A stretch of 64,000 nucleotides of DNA from Tetramitus jugosus (taxonomy: Eukaryota; Protista; Heterolobosea): the NCBI GenBank assembly GCA_937625935.1, contig OW569380.1, positions 1 to 64,000 on the forward strand, given 5' to 3'. The position numbers were made by a program, and so were the translations under genes. This document shows positions 54,806-63,699 of this stretch, in pieces (positions within the stretch are counted from its first letter, which is position 1; each line of letters begins with the position of its first letter). Below the pieces are notes generated by a model. That model worked only from the letters and a program-made list of their open reading frames with translations. It was not told the origin of the DNA and ran no database searches.

Positions 54806-56047
54806 ATGTCAATCATAGGAAACAACGAAATCTTTTACTCACCTGAATTACAGGCCGCAGAGTATTATGACTCAAGATTAGAACGAATTGTCGGTGAGAA
54901 ACTTAGAATGATTCTGATTGCAGATCAGGCTCCGACTCCAAGTTTGAATGCTCAACAGATTTTCAGAATCAATAACAATCAAGGTAATAAGATGATTACT
55001 AAGCCAATTCTAACTAATTATGTTAGTCAAGTTACCGCAACTGGTACACCAACTACATTAGCTCTGGTTGATTACTTCGGAGTCTTTATTTACGATCGTA
55101 TTGAATTGTGGCAATCTGGTGTTCAAATCTCTCAAGTTACTGGACAACAAATGTACAATAACCTTGTTCAACATAATGATAGTGATGAACTTACAATCTT
55201 GAATGATCAAGTTGGTGGAGGTTTGACTGATGCTGAAAGAACAACCTTGGCTTTGACTGAACAGACTTTCTATCTTGATTTGTCTCAACATTTCTCTATC
55301 TTCTCTATTCCTATGGAATTGTTTTTACTTGATGGTCCTTTGGAAGTTAGAATTTACTATGCTCAAGGTCCAGCTACCAAGTATATCAGAAATGTTGCAG
55401 GTACCAATCCAACGTTCTCCTTCACTAAATCATCTGAGTTAATTGTGACTTACAATAATGTTGGTCTACCTTTGTATGAATCAACTGTTCAAAGAGCAAA
55501 GGAAGGAAAGGTTGTTAAGTTTGTTCACGATTATATCAATGTTCCATTGAGTATCACAAGTTCTGCTGTGAATCAAAACTTCAATATCTCTCAATTGGCT
55601 GATAATGATGTGATCCTAATTAATATCACTCAAAGATTGATGTCAGATTTGAACTCTGCTTCATCTCCGACTTATACAAACTTCCAGAAAATTCCTAAGT
55701 ATACCTTGAAGTCTCAAGGTAGATTCATTGCTGGTGCTGAGTTTGATTACTTGGATAGATACATTAGAAAGGTGTATATCAATAATCTTGGGTTCTTGGG
55801 TAGTGAAACATTAAGAAACTTGAATGTTTATCCAATCTGTTACGCTAATGATTTGGCTGAAACATTTGGTAATGATACTAACGATTACACTGGATCTAAG
55901 AATTTCAATGGAGTTACTGATGCTCAATTGATGTTGACATACGATACTGCACCTGCTGCATCCGAGATTCTTTGTAATATCGTTGTTGCAAAGAGATACG
56001 CTATCATTGATGGTAAGATCCGTCAGATTGTCAACACCGTTGTATAA
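54806..56047 (+). CDS. Putative double-jelly-roll major capsid protein
   Basis: 413 aa, beta-rich; YDRIELWQSGVQISQ, FYLDL..F..IPM..L..LEVRIY and C-terminal YPICYA...YTGSKNFNGVTDAQL mirror the conserved NCLDV/PLV MCP patterns (iel.iggq.id; lyiPl; Y.ysFal..psGs.Nfs.i). Confidence 0.78.
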   Translation: MSIIGNNEIFYSPELQAAEYYDSRLERIVGEKLRMILIADQAPTPSLNAQQIFRINNNQGNKMITKPILTNYVSQVTATGTPTTLALVDYFGVFIYDRIELWQSGVQISQVTGQQMYNNLVQHNDSDELTILNDQVGGGLTDAERTTLALTEQTFYLDLSQHFSIFSIPMELFLLDGPLEVRIYYAQGPATKYIRNVAGTNPTFSFTKSSELIVTYNNVGLPLYESTVQRAKEGKVVKFVHDYINVPLSITSSAVNQNFNISQLADNDVILINITQRLMSDLNSASSPTYTNFQKIPKYTLKSQGRFIAGAEFDYLDRYIRKVYINNLGFLGSETLRNLNVYPICYANDLAETFGNDTNDYTGSKNFNGVTDAQLMLTYDTAPAASEILCNIVVAKRYAIIDGKIRQIVNTVV

Positions 56048-56058
56048 ACACTTTTCAT

Positions 56059-56088
56059 AATTCATATCTCATCGATGAGATATGAATT
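56059..56088. terminator. Perfect 30-bp palindrome 3' of MCP
   Basis: AATTCATATCTCATCGATGAGATATGAATT. Confidence 0.7.
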
Positions 56089-56118
56089 CAAGTTAGATTT
56101 ATTCATTATACTAATAAA

Positions 56119-56487
56119 ATGTCTGGATATAATCTTCAAGTAATTAAACCGTACGACGCGCTGATTAAAGGTATTAGTCCTTCTTTGGCTAGGCCGTATG
56201 AAGATGCTATTAAAAATATACCTCAGAAAAAGTTTGGTCAAAGATTGATTGACTTTGTTAAAGGAATCCCTGAGAGATTGAATTTTGGAATCGATTATAG
56301 TATCGTTCAAACTGATAAACTCAGTAAGAGTGTTGGTTCGAATATTAGAAACATTCTAGGTGGTCAAGGTCTTGCTGGTGCTCTTAATGATGGAGCCAAG
56401 GGTATTGCAATTACAGGTGGACTTCTTACTGCCCCTATTGCCTTAGCTGCTGCTGCAATTGCCGCTGTTATCTTAATTAAACTATAA
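56119..56487 (+). CDS. Small Gly/Ala-rich protein with C-terminal TM (candidate virion membrane protein)
   Basis: 122 aa; GGLLTAPIALAAAAIAAVILIKL. Confidence 0.75.
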   Translation: MSGYNLQVIKPYDALIKGISPSLARPYEDAIKNIPQKKFGQRLIDFVKGIPERLNFGIDYSIVQTDKLSKSVGSNIRNILGGQGLAGALNDGAKGIAITGGLLTAPIALAAAAIAAVILIKL

Positions 56488-56498
56488 GTTATGTAGTA

Positions 56499-56521
56499 TA
56501 TCAGATGGAATCCATCTGATA
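56499..56521. terminator. Palindrome between convergent genes
   Basis: TATCAGATGGA-A-TCCATCTGATA. Confidence 0.7.
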
Positions 56522-56526
56522 CACAT

Positions 56527-57456
56527 TTATTCTTCTTCGTCAACGACTGTTTCTTCTTCGTCAATGATCGTTTCTTCGTCGCTGTCATAGTTTGGAATCC
56601 CCCAAGAAAACTCATCTTCATCTTCAACTTCAACATGTTGAGTTATTTCAGGTTGTTTCCTAGATAAAATATCATCATTGAAAGCGTCATGTAACATATC
56701 TTCAGTTAGAGGCTTCAATAGATTTTGTTTAAAATATTCAACGATATCAGTTATATATATATGTCTATCTAGGTACATATTATACCCTCTACTTGATATA
56801 TATTTTCTACCTAAATTATTCATCAATCTATCATATACAGTGGTTGGATTAATAATGAATTTTTGTGAGTTGTAAGTTGTTGTGTACATTCCATTTTTCA
56901 ATGTAAAAAGAAGAGATAATTTTGGTTTCTTCTTATATAAACCAATCATTACAAACTCTCGAGGATTCTTGAAGAATGGGTAAGCTGTTTCCATAGGGGA
57001 ATCTTCTATTTTATCCATAGGGCGCGATAGATGAGAAATATCCCTCTCATCAAAGTTAACATGTCTAGGATATTGTTTGATATACTTATGAAGATCAAGG
57101 AAAATATGAACGTATGTTCTATTTAATGTATCGTTGAGTATATCGTTGGCATCTAGATTTTCATCGAAAAATCCACTTGTATAGTTCCATTTACTGAGTT
57201 TTCTCTTAAGGAAATAATAAACTATTTCCATTGGGATATAGTATGTTAGATCTTTTGAATGTTCGTGTTCATATCTCAGATCTTTTAGCTCAAACAGTAA
57301 TTTTGATCCATCTAATATTCCTATTACTTCTAAATATAAACTTCTATACGTAAGTCCATCGAAACGTATTGTTTGTAGACATTGATGATCTGTTCCTACT
57401 AATATTTCAGGGAATGACCAAGTTCTGTCTTCGATATATAATCTTTCGTACTTCAT
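56527..57456 (-). CDS. Hypothetical protein with acidic tail
   Basis: 309-aa ORF, TAATAAATG start context. Confidence 0.8.
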   Translation of the reverse strand: MKYERLYIEDRTWSFPEILVGTDHQCLQTIRFDGLTYRSLYLEVIGILDGSKLLFELKDLRYEHEHSKDLTYYIPMEIVYYFLKRKLSKWNYTSGFFDENLDANDILNDTLNRTYVHIFLDLHKYIKQYPRHVNFDERDISHLSRPMDKIEDSPMETAYPFFKNPREFVMIGLYKKKPKLSLLFTLKNGMYTTTYNSQKFIINPTTVYDRLMNNLGRKYISSRGYNMYLDRHIYITDIVEYFKQNLLKPLTEDMLHDAFNDDILSRKQPEITQHVEVEDEDEFSWGIPNYDSDEETIIDEEETVVDEEE

Positions 57457-57463
57457 TTATTAC

Positions 57464-57487
57464 TTTACAGATAATTTTATCTGTAAA
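57464..57487. terminator. Palindrome 3' of the 57499-57735 ORF
   Basis: TTTACAGATAA-TT-TTATCTGTAAA. Confidence 0.65.
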
Positions 57488-57498
57488 ATGTATCTATT

Positions 57499-57735
57499 TT
57501 ATCCAATTAAGTTGTTCAACAAAATACCTATACATGCAGACATGAATCCAACATATAAAGTTTCTTTCATTTTAGGTGATATCATAATTGGTTTTTGTTC
57601 AACATTTTGAACTTCAGTGATATATTCATTCGTTGTTTTAATTACAACCGTATACGGTTCTTCGTCTGTAAAGTGAGCTTTAGTATTTTCAATTATTTCG
57701 TTTATTCTTGATGCTTCTGGTGTTGATTCTGTCAT
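57499..57735 (-). CDS. Small protein with C-terminal TM
   Basis: 78 aa; LYVGFMSACIGILLNNLIG. Confidence 0.7.
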   Translation of the reverse strand: MTESTPEASRINEIIENTKAHFTDEEPYTVVIKTTNEYITEVQNVEQKPIMISPKMKETLYVGFMSACIGILLNNLIG

Positions 57736-57781
57736 ATTTTATAATCTTTTCATATTTTTATTCGTCTTTGTATCGATTCAA

Positions 57782-57942
57782 ATGAAATAACTAAAAGGTG
57801 AGAAGGGTGTGAGGAACGTTTTTAAAAGTTTTCTATATTCATTTCTTTCAACTCAAAATACTTTATATCTCCACTTCTCACCCTTCTCACCTTTTTAGTT
57901 ATTTTAATATATTATATAGATAGACTAAAGGATAAATAGAGA
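57782..57942 (+). repeat. Origin-like inverted repeat, copy L (internally palindromic, GGTGAGAAG iterons)
   Basis: Reverse complement of 63538-63699 apart from a ~20-nt diverged centre. Confidence 0.9.
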
Positions 57943-57989
57943 TTGAAAAAAATAATCAAACGATATTAATGATAACTAGATGTTTTTGG

Positions 57990-58014
57990 ATCAATCTCAT
58001 TTAATGAGATTGAT
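57990..58014. terminator. Palindrome 3' of the helicase gene
   Basis: ATCAATCTCATT-T-AATGAGATTGAT. Confidence 0.7.
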
Positions 58015-58022
58015 TCTATCGA

Positions 58023-60080
58023 TTAATCAGATGGATCATGTTCAGATGATACAACCCATGAAACTTCTTTAGTATAAGTAGATCGATTGGCAGCATACAC
58101 AAAATCTCTTGATTCCATACTTGATTTAAATTGTTGTGAGTTAATTTTATAACCGCTAATATCATTTAAAGTTTTATATTCTTTAAAACCTGCAAATTTG
58201 AGAACCAATTTATATTTCACGTTATTACCTATGTTATTTCTATTAAAGGTTGAAAATTGAAGTTGACTAATGGATTCTGCAATCCAAACATCAATAGGAT
58301 CAGCTGACTTACCCTTCATCAACTCAAGAAGTTTTGTTTTAGGATAATCTTGAATAACGAAGGAACTGATATCACGTTTCATGAAAAATGTAAACAACGA
58401 ATTCATTACATTATCATCCTCAAGCATAGCAAGAATTTTCGTAGAATGATCGTAATCCTCCTTGTATTTAGGAACACATTTAAAACAAGCGAATCTTCTA
58501 TCGTTGTCATCTATTTTGAAGTATTCCCATTTATTAGTGAAGAATATAGCAAATAAAAAATTATCAACAGTTGCGTATTCTTCGTATAACCTACGTATCT
58601 CAATCTTATCTTCACTGATAATGTTCTTTAATTTTTCTGCATTTTCTCCAAAACCTTGAACTTCGTCTCCAATTATGCCAAGTATGTTTTGTAATGATCC
58701 ATTCTTTTCACCCGTGATCTGATTTATATGATTTATCATTCTAATAACAAATTCACCAAATAATTTAGATATAATTTTTGCCAAAATTCCTTTACCAGTA
58801 CCAGTTGTAGATGATAAAAGCATCGCAACGTCAGTTTTGAGATGAGGATATTGAACCTTCTTGGCAATAAAATTAAGGAACCATTCAAGATAATTATCAT
58901 TACATTCAACTAACATATGGAAATGATCCATGAACAAACCAATCGTAGGGTCACATGAATATCTTGAAGTTTGTTTTTCAGCGTTACCTTTTTCTGTAAC
59001 AATACATTCATAATTTGGTAAGACTTTATATGGGAATCCGTAGAATGTATTAATTCTTCTAGTGTCCAACCAACTCAATGGATAAGGAATAAATACTTCT
59101 TCGAGGTAAACATGTGTCTTTAGCAACAAGTCATGTATCTCTTTTTCAGTATAAGTGATATATCTTGGTACAGTTTCACCTGCAATCAATCTGTTCTTGA
59201 GACTAGATGTAGTTTCCCATTTTCTCTGTTCAGCTGCATACTCGTTATCATTTAATTTTCTAGAAAATCCAGACGATCTATGGTATCCATTACTTGCTAA
59301 TTTTTCAACAACATAACGAGCGATTTTACCTTCAACCTTCGTATGTTTGACATAAAACCAATGGTTATTACCAATACTACGTATACCAGCAGTTGCCTCA
59401 AGGGCACACATCATTGATTCGAAATCATCATAATCTCCCTTGGCATCATGATAGGTGAAAGTATCCTTAGGATTCAAGAATCTTAATCTTGCAGTATGTC
59501 TAGGATCATCAAATTCTTCATCATCTTGAATCTCTTCAAGAGTACCTACTGAATCTTCAATGTTAGGAGGTTGAATAATAGTATCGACAAAATCAGGGGC
59601 AGCATTATCGATATTCGGAATTTGACCAACTGAAGCTTCCCATTCACAATCAATGTATGCAACTCTTTCACCAGTTATGTATGATCCACAACCAGGTAAA
59701 AGAAATTCTTCACCTTTACCTTCAATATTAATAGTGACTGTTTGATAGTCAAGAGGATTAACAATACTTTGAAATACTGCAGTATTGTCCATACCAATAC
59801 CATATTTCTTTCTAAACTGTTCTTCGGTCATCTCGAATACAGAGACAAACTTATCAATATCACTGTCTTCCAATGTCATGGTGTGATCACACCATGAAGG
59901 TGACGCATCTAAAGGACATGAAACGATTAAAAATTTATCGTCACAAGAGAAATAATCTCCATTAACATTCAAACCAAGTTTCTTAAAATATTCACCAACT
60001 GCTTTTACTTCATTCTGAGTTGGAACATCAAACGGATCAGTCATTACCTTCTGTAATCTTTTTGTACTTACTCTACTCAT
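58023..60080 (-). CDS. D5-like / SF3-type helicase (DUF5906 / NrS-1-like C-terminal ATPase)
   Basis: Walker A TTGTGKG, Walker B IIGDE, motif C IFFTN, arginine finger DRRF. Confidence 0.9.
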   Translation of the reverse strand: MSRVSTKRLQKVMTDPFDVPTQNEVKAVGEYFKKLGLNVNGDYFSCDDKFLIVSCPLDASPSWCDHTMTLEDSDIDKFVSVFEMTEEQFRKKYGIGMDNTAVFQSIVNPLDYQTVTINIEGKGEEFLLPGCGSYITGERVAYIDCEWEASVGQIPNIDNAAPDFVDTIIQPPNIEDSVGTLEEIQDDEEFDDPRHTARLRFLNPKDTFTYHDAKGDYDDFESMMCALEATAGIRSIGNNHWFYVKHTKVEGKIARYVVEKLASNGYHRSSGFSRKLNDNEYAAEQRKWETTSSLKNRLIAGETVPRYITYTEKEIHDLLLKTHVYLEEVFIPYPLSWLDTRRINTFYGFPYKVLPNYECIVTEKGNAEKQTSRYSCDPTIGLFMDHFHMLVECNDNYLEWFLNFIAKKVQYPHLKTDVAMLLSSTTGTGKGILAKIISKLFGEFVIRMINHINQITGEKNGSLQNILGIIGDEVQGFGENAEKLKNIISEDKIEIRRLYEEYATVDNFLFAIFFTNKWEYFKIDDNDRRFACFKCVPKYKEDYDHSTKILAMLEDDNVMNSLFTFFMKRDISSFVIQDYPKTKLLELMKGKSADPIDVWIAESISQLQFSTFNRNNIGNNVKYKLVLKFAGFKEYKTLNDISGYKINSQQFKSSMESRDFVYAANRSTYTKEVSWVVSSEHDPSD

Positions 60081-60229
60081 CTTTCTTTCTTTCTTTTTAA
60101 TTCTAGAGATATTTTTTATTTCTAGAATTTTTTAAAAAACTTTCAATTCGTTTTAAAAATCATATTTTTAAAAATAAATAAAAAAATTCAATAAAAATAT
60201 ATTTACTATAAAAAATTCATTAATCTTTT

Positions 60230-60260
60230 TCATATCACTTCCATTGTATAAGTGATATGA
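60230..60260. terminator. Hairpin 3' of the 60271-60648 ORF
   Basis: TCATATCACTT-(9 nt)-AAGTGATATGA. Confidence 0.65.
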
Positions 60261-60270
60261 TACTGTATAT

Positions 60271-60648
60271 TCATAAGGTGAATGTAACATTATTTGCATT
60301 GAAGTATTCCATGATACGTTGTCCTGGTTTTCTGTTTGTGAAATATTTTACATGTTCTTTAACCCATTCAATTTCTACAGGCTTAGCTGTTCCATTCATA
60401 ATCTTTGTACATTGATAGTTAAATTTACCGTATAACGACCTCATATCAGTTACCTTAGCCATTGTCTTTTCGTGTTCTAACTTTCGTTGTTTTTCTTCCT
60501 CATGTTTTCTCTTCAATTCTTCATGGAAGAGTCTATTCTTTTCATGGAAATTCTTATTCAGTTGAACTTTACGATCAGCTATTTCTTGTTTAATTGAAGT
60601 AAACAACTCAGATAATTCTTCGATACTCATTTCTTTGATATTTATCAT
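60271..60648 (-). CDS. Hypothetical coiled-coil protein
   Basis: 125-aa ORF. Confidence 0.75.
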   Translation of the reverse strand: MINIKEMSIEELSELFTSIKQEIADRKVQLNKNFHEKNRLFHEELKRKHEEEKQRKLEHEKTMAKVTDMRSLYGKFNYQCTKIMNGTAKPVEIEWVKEHVKYFTNRKPGQRIMEYFNANNVTFTL

Positions 60649-60677
60649 TTTTTAAATGATAAATATATATTTATTTT

Positions 60678-62036
60678 TTATTTTTTTATTAATAATCGTT
60701 CATCTAAAATTGGTAGTATGAATTTTGTACTTGTACATATACATAATTTTTGATAATCCATTATCTGTTGCATACGTGGTTCTTTTTTTACTTCCCATCT
60801 TTTAGCTGAAACTTCAACTGAAGCTAAAGTACCTAGATCTAGAGAACCTAACATAAAAGACTGTCCGTGATTTCTGAAACAACGTAAATGAACGTTTTTC
60901 TTATCACCTGAAATGGTTAAATAAGCATTTTCATTATCATGTGTTCTATTACAAACTAAACAATAACATGATTTTTTACGTTTCAACTTGATAGTTGTAC
61001 CTAAAGATTCTTCAACATTAAATGAATCTTCATGATATGGAGCGATTCTATGAAACATGTTAATTGCTCCTTCAATTTCACTCTCTGATACTTCTCCTCC
61101 AATAAATTTAGTCTTTTTCATTTTATCGATAGTTATAGGACATACTAACAGTTTAGATGTATTTAAAATCAATCCAACTAAAGAGTATCTAAATCTATTT
61201 AGATGGCTCAACTTTATATTATTGATATCTTCACTATCATTATACACGATTTTTTTACCATTGTATGTCCAATACTTATCGAACTTCATTCTATTTGTAC
61301 CAGCTTTTCTATTATACGGGAGTCTAAATTGTTGTAATGAACTATACACACTAGGATCTACAAACTTTTTCACATTATCAGGAAGATGACTAACCACATG
61401 ATCATAAAAAACTTTTGCTTCCTCATGATCTGGATGATAAACTCCATCAACGATGATATGAACACTATATTTCTTTCCTTTCTCTATCATACCAGTTGAT
61501 TCATAAACGATGATGTTCTTTACAGGGTCTATTTCAACTCCCCAAAGTTTACAACATTCGATAATTAAGCTACACATGTAATCTATAAAATAGTCAAACC
61601 ATTCATCTGTTACCCATGAATCCTCAGTTTCAATATCAAATCTAGGTTTCTGTGGTCCTTCTGTAATAACTTCAAAGAAGTTTAAATGTTCTAATGAAGC
61701 TCTACCGCCAGTATGATTGAGCTTTAAAAACGAATACTTATATTCAGTTGGAGGAATATTAGTTGTTCTAAACTCGAATTTTTTTACATCTTCATCTTTG
61801 ATTTCAGTGATTGTATTATAACCCCCAGCTTGGTGAATCATTTTTTCGAGATCATTGATATTCATCATTGAATATAATCTTCGATTGTTTTCGTCACAGT
61901 GACATATGATAATATCCCCATGAGCCTTCACATTATTCGATAATAATGTTGGAGTTCCATTTTTTATCGAATCTTGACTATCTTTGAGATAATAGTATGC
62001 TTCATGTACAACTGTATCCTTGTAAGTAAACTTCAT
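60678..62036 (-). CDS. Archaeo-eukaryotic primase (PrimPol / NCLDV-herpes clade) with C-terminal Zn finger
   Basis: FFEVI..QKPRFDIE (motif I), KYSVHII (II), VDPSVYSSLQQFRL..NRK (III), CLVCNRTHDNEN...CFR. Confidence 0.9.
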   Translation of the reverse strand: MKFTYKDTVVHEAYYYLKDSQDSIKNGTPTLLSNNVKAHGDIIICHCDENNRRLYSMMNINDLEKMIHQAGGYNTITEIKDEDVKKFEFRTTNIPPTEYKYSFLKLNHTGGRASLEHLNFFEVITEGPQKPRFDIETEDSWVTDEWFDYFIDYMCSLIIECCKLWGVEIDPVKNIIVYESTGMIEKGKKYSVHIIVDGVYHPDHEEAKVFYDHVVSHLPDNVKKFVDPSVYSSLQQFRLPYNRKAGTNRMKFDKYWTYNGKKIVYNDSEDINNIKLSHLNRFRYSLVGLILNTSKLLVCPITIDKMKKTKFIGGEVSESEIEGAINMFHRIAPYHEDSFNVEESLGTTIKLKRKKSCYCLVCNRTHDNENAYLTISGDKKNVHLRCFRNHGQSFMLGSLDLGTLASVEVSAKRWEVKKEPRMQQIMDYQKLCICTSTKFILPILDERLLIKK

Positions 62037-62097
62037 TTTTATTATTTGTTAGATTTTTTTAAATTTAGTTTTTTAAAAATTCTTCATTTATTTTTAA

Positions 62098-62127
62098 AAT
62101 CATACAATTTATTTCAATTGTATGATT
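62098..62127. terminator. Hairpin 3' of the 62159-62734 ORF
   Basis: AATCATACAATT-(6 nt)-AATTGTATGATT. Confidence 0.65.
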
Positions 62128-62158
62128 CATTGTTACATTGTTCATTCATAGTGTGAAG

Positions 62159-62734
62159 TTAAAATTCATCAGTAATTGTTGCAATGGTTAAGTATAAAAG
62201 ATCATGAAAGAATCTAAATCGAGTACCTTCAATTTCAATTGTACTATCATCCATATGCATACATGTTACATTGATTAATTCCTTACAAAAGATTCTAAAA
62301 GTCATTGGAATATCCTTCGTATAAACTGTTGTTTCAATTGAACCTATCCTCAAGAATTCTTTCATAATTATTAGAACAACATCATCGTATAGATTTCCAT
62401 CGTATGTAGGCATAATTTCAACTGTTACGAAACGAATCAATGATGTTACAAATAAGATGTCATCCCATTCAAGTTTAGTACCAAACACCATTGATAATTG
62501 ATTGAAAACTCCTTGAAGATCTTTGAAAAACATTTTAGTCAATTCAATGTTTTCATCTGAATAAATCATTTCAAAAGGGTCTGGATCTTTACCTAAGAAT
62601 CTTAAAGTACATAGACGTACATGTAATTCAAATATCTTTAAATCTTTCTTGATATCATCAGATGGATCTAATGCAAGTTTATAAGTTTCATAGATGATAT
62701 CAAGCTCTCTGTTGTAGCGTTCTAAGTCGTTCAT
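62159..62734 (-). CDS. Hypothetical helical protein (paralog of 62967-63512)
   Basis: 191-aa ORF; ELDIIYETYKLAL, SLIRFVTVEIMPTY. Confidence 0.8.
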   Translation of the reverse strand: MNDLERYNRELDIIYETYKLALDPSDDIKKDLKIFELHVRLCTLRFLGKDPDPFEMIYSDENIELTKMFFKDLQGVFNQLSMVFGTKLEWDDILFVTSLIRFVTVEIMPTYDGNLYDDVVLIIMKEFLRIGSIETTVYTKDIPMTFRIFCKELINVTCMHMDDSTIEIEGTRFRFFHDLLYLTIATITDEF

Positions 62735-62749
62735 TTATTACTATGCGTA

Positions 62750-62776
62750 TAATATGTATCCATTGGATACATATTA
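62750..62776. terminator. Palindrome 3' of the 62780-62980 ORF
   Basis: TAATATGTATCCA-T-TGGATACATATTA. Confidence 0.7.
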
Positions 62777-62779
62777 GTT

Positions 62780-62980
62780 TTAACAATCAATTACTCCATC
62801 CAGGAAATCGATAAGTCCTTCAAGGTTCTTACGTTCATCTTCTAACTCTTTAAGTTTCTCTTGAACATCATTGATTAATGCTTTTGTAACTTTCATTTCA
62901 TCTTCTTTACATTGAAGTTCTAATTGAAGTTCAATTATAAAGAATTGAAGGTCTTTAATCTCTGAATCAATGTCTATCAT
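62780..62980 (-). CDS. Small coiled-coil protein
   Basis: 66 aa with heptad pattern; overlaps the stop of the upstream ORF. Confidence 0.65.
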   Translation of the reverse strand: MIDIDSEIKDLQFFIIELQLELQCKEDEMKVTKALINDVQEKLKELEDERKNLEGLIDFLDGVIDC

Positions 62981-63512
62981 TGCGTATTGCTTTTAATAGT
63001 ACAAACAATAACTTATGTTGTTCAGGATTTATATCAATCGGTCTTCCATCACGATATTGATCAGATAATTCAATTAATGTTTTAACTAAAACTTTTTCAA
63101 CTACTCTTGTTTCAGTCGATACACTTTTCAATGTATTGATTACAACACGTTCAAACTCTTCATTGTTATAGACGTAGCTGAATGTTGGTAAAACTTCTCG
63201 AGTTAAATAGTTGATTAAACTTCGTCCAATCTTTATATCTTTCCATGTTCCGTAGTCATCGTCTAACCAATCAATGTTGTCTTCTCTTAATGCTTCTCTG
63301 AAGATGTCTCTATATACATCTGAATGAAAACTATAAGATTTCAATGAATGTTCGAACATTGAATAAGCGCTTTCTGATCCTGTTGCTTGAAGTAGATCGT
63401 ATCTAAAGAATACTTTGTCTTCAATGTTTGGTTCAATTAGTATCGCCTTATAGATTCCATGGATAACATCTAGTCCAGCTTCATATTTCAAGATATCCTT
63501 GTATTCGTCCAT
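62967..63512 (-). CDS. Hypothetical helical protein (paralog of 62159-62734)
   Basis: 181-aa ORF; GLDVIHGIYKAIL, SLINYLTREVLPTF. Confidence 0.8.
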   Translation of the reverse strand: MDEYKDILKYEAGLDVIHGIYKAILIEPNIEDKVFFRYDLLQATGSESAYSMFEHSLKSYSFHSDVYRDIFREALREDNIDWLDDDYGTWKDIKIGRSLINYLTREVLPTFSYVYNNEEFERVVINTLKSVSTETRVVEKVLVKTLIELSDQYRDGRPIDINPEQHKLLFVLLKAIRNDRH

Positions 63513-63537
63513 TTATTCATTCAGTCGATTATTTCAT

Positions 63538-63699
63538 TCTCTATTTATCCTTTAGTCTATCTATATAATATATTAAAATAACTAAAAAGGTGAGAAGGGT
63601 GAGAAGTGGAGATATAAAAGTATTATGAAATTTAAAAATGAATATAGAAAACTTTTAAAAACGTTCCTCACACCCTTCTCACCTTTTTAGATGTTTCAT
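63538..63699 (-). repeat. Origin-like inverted repeat, copy R
   Basis: Reverse complement of 57782-57942. Confidence 0.9.
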
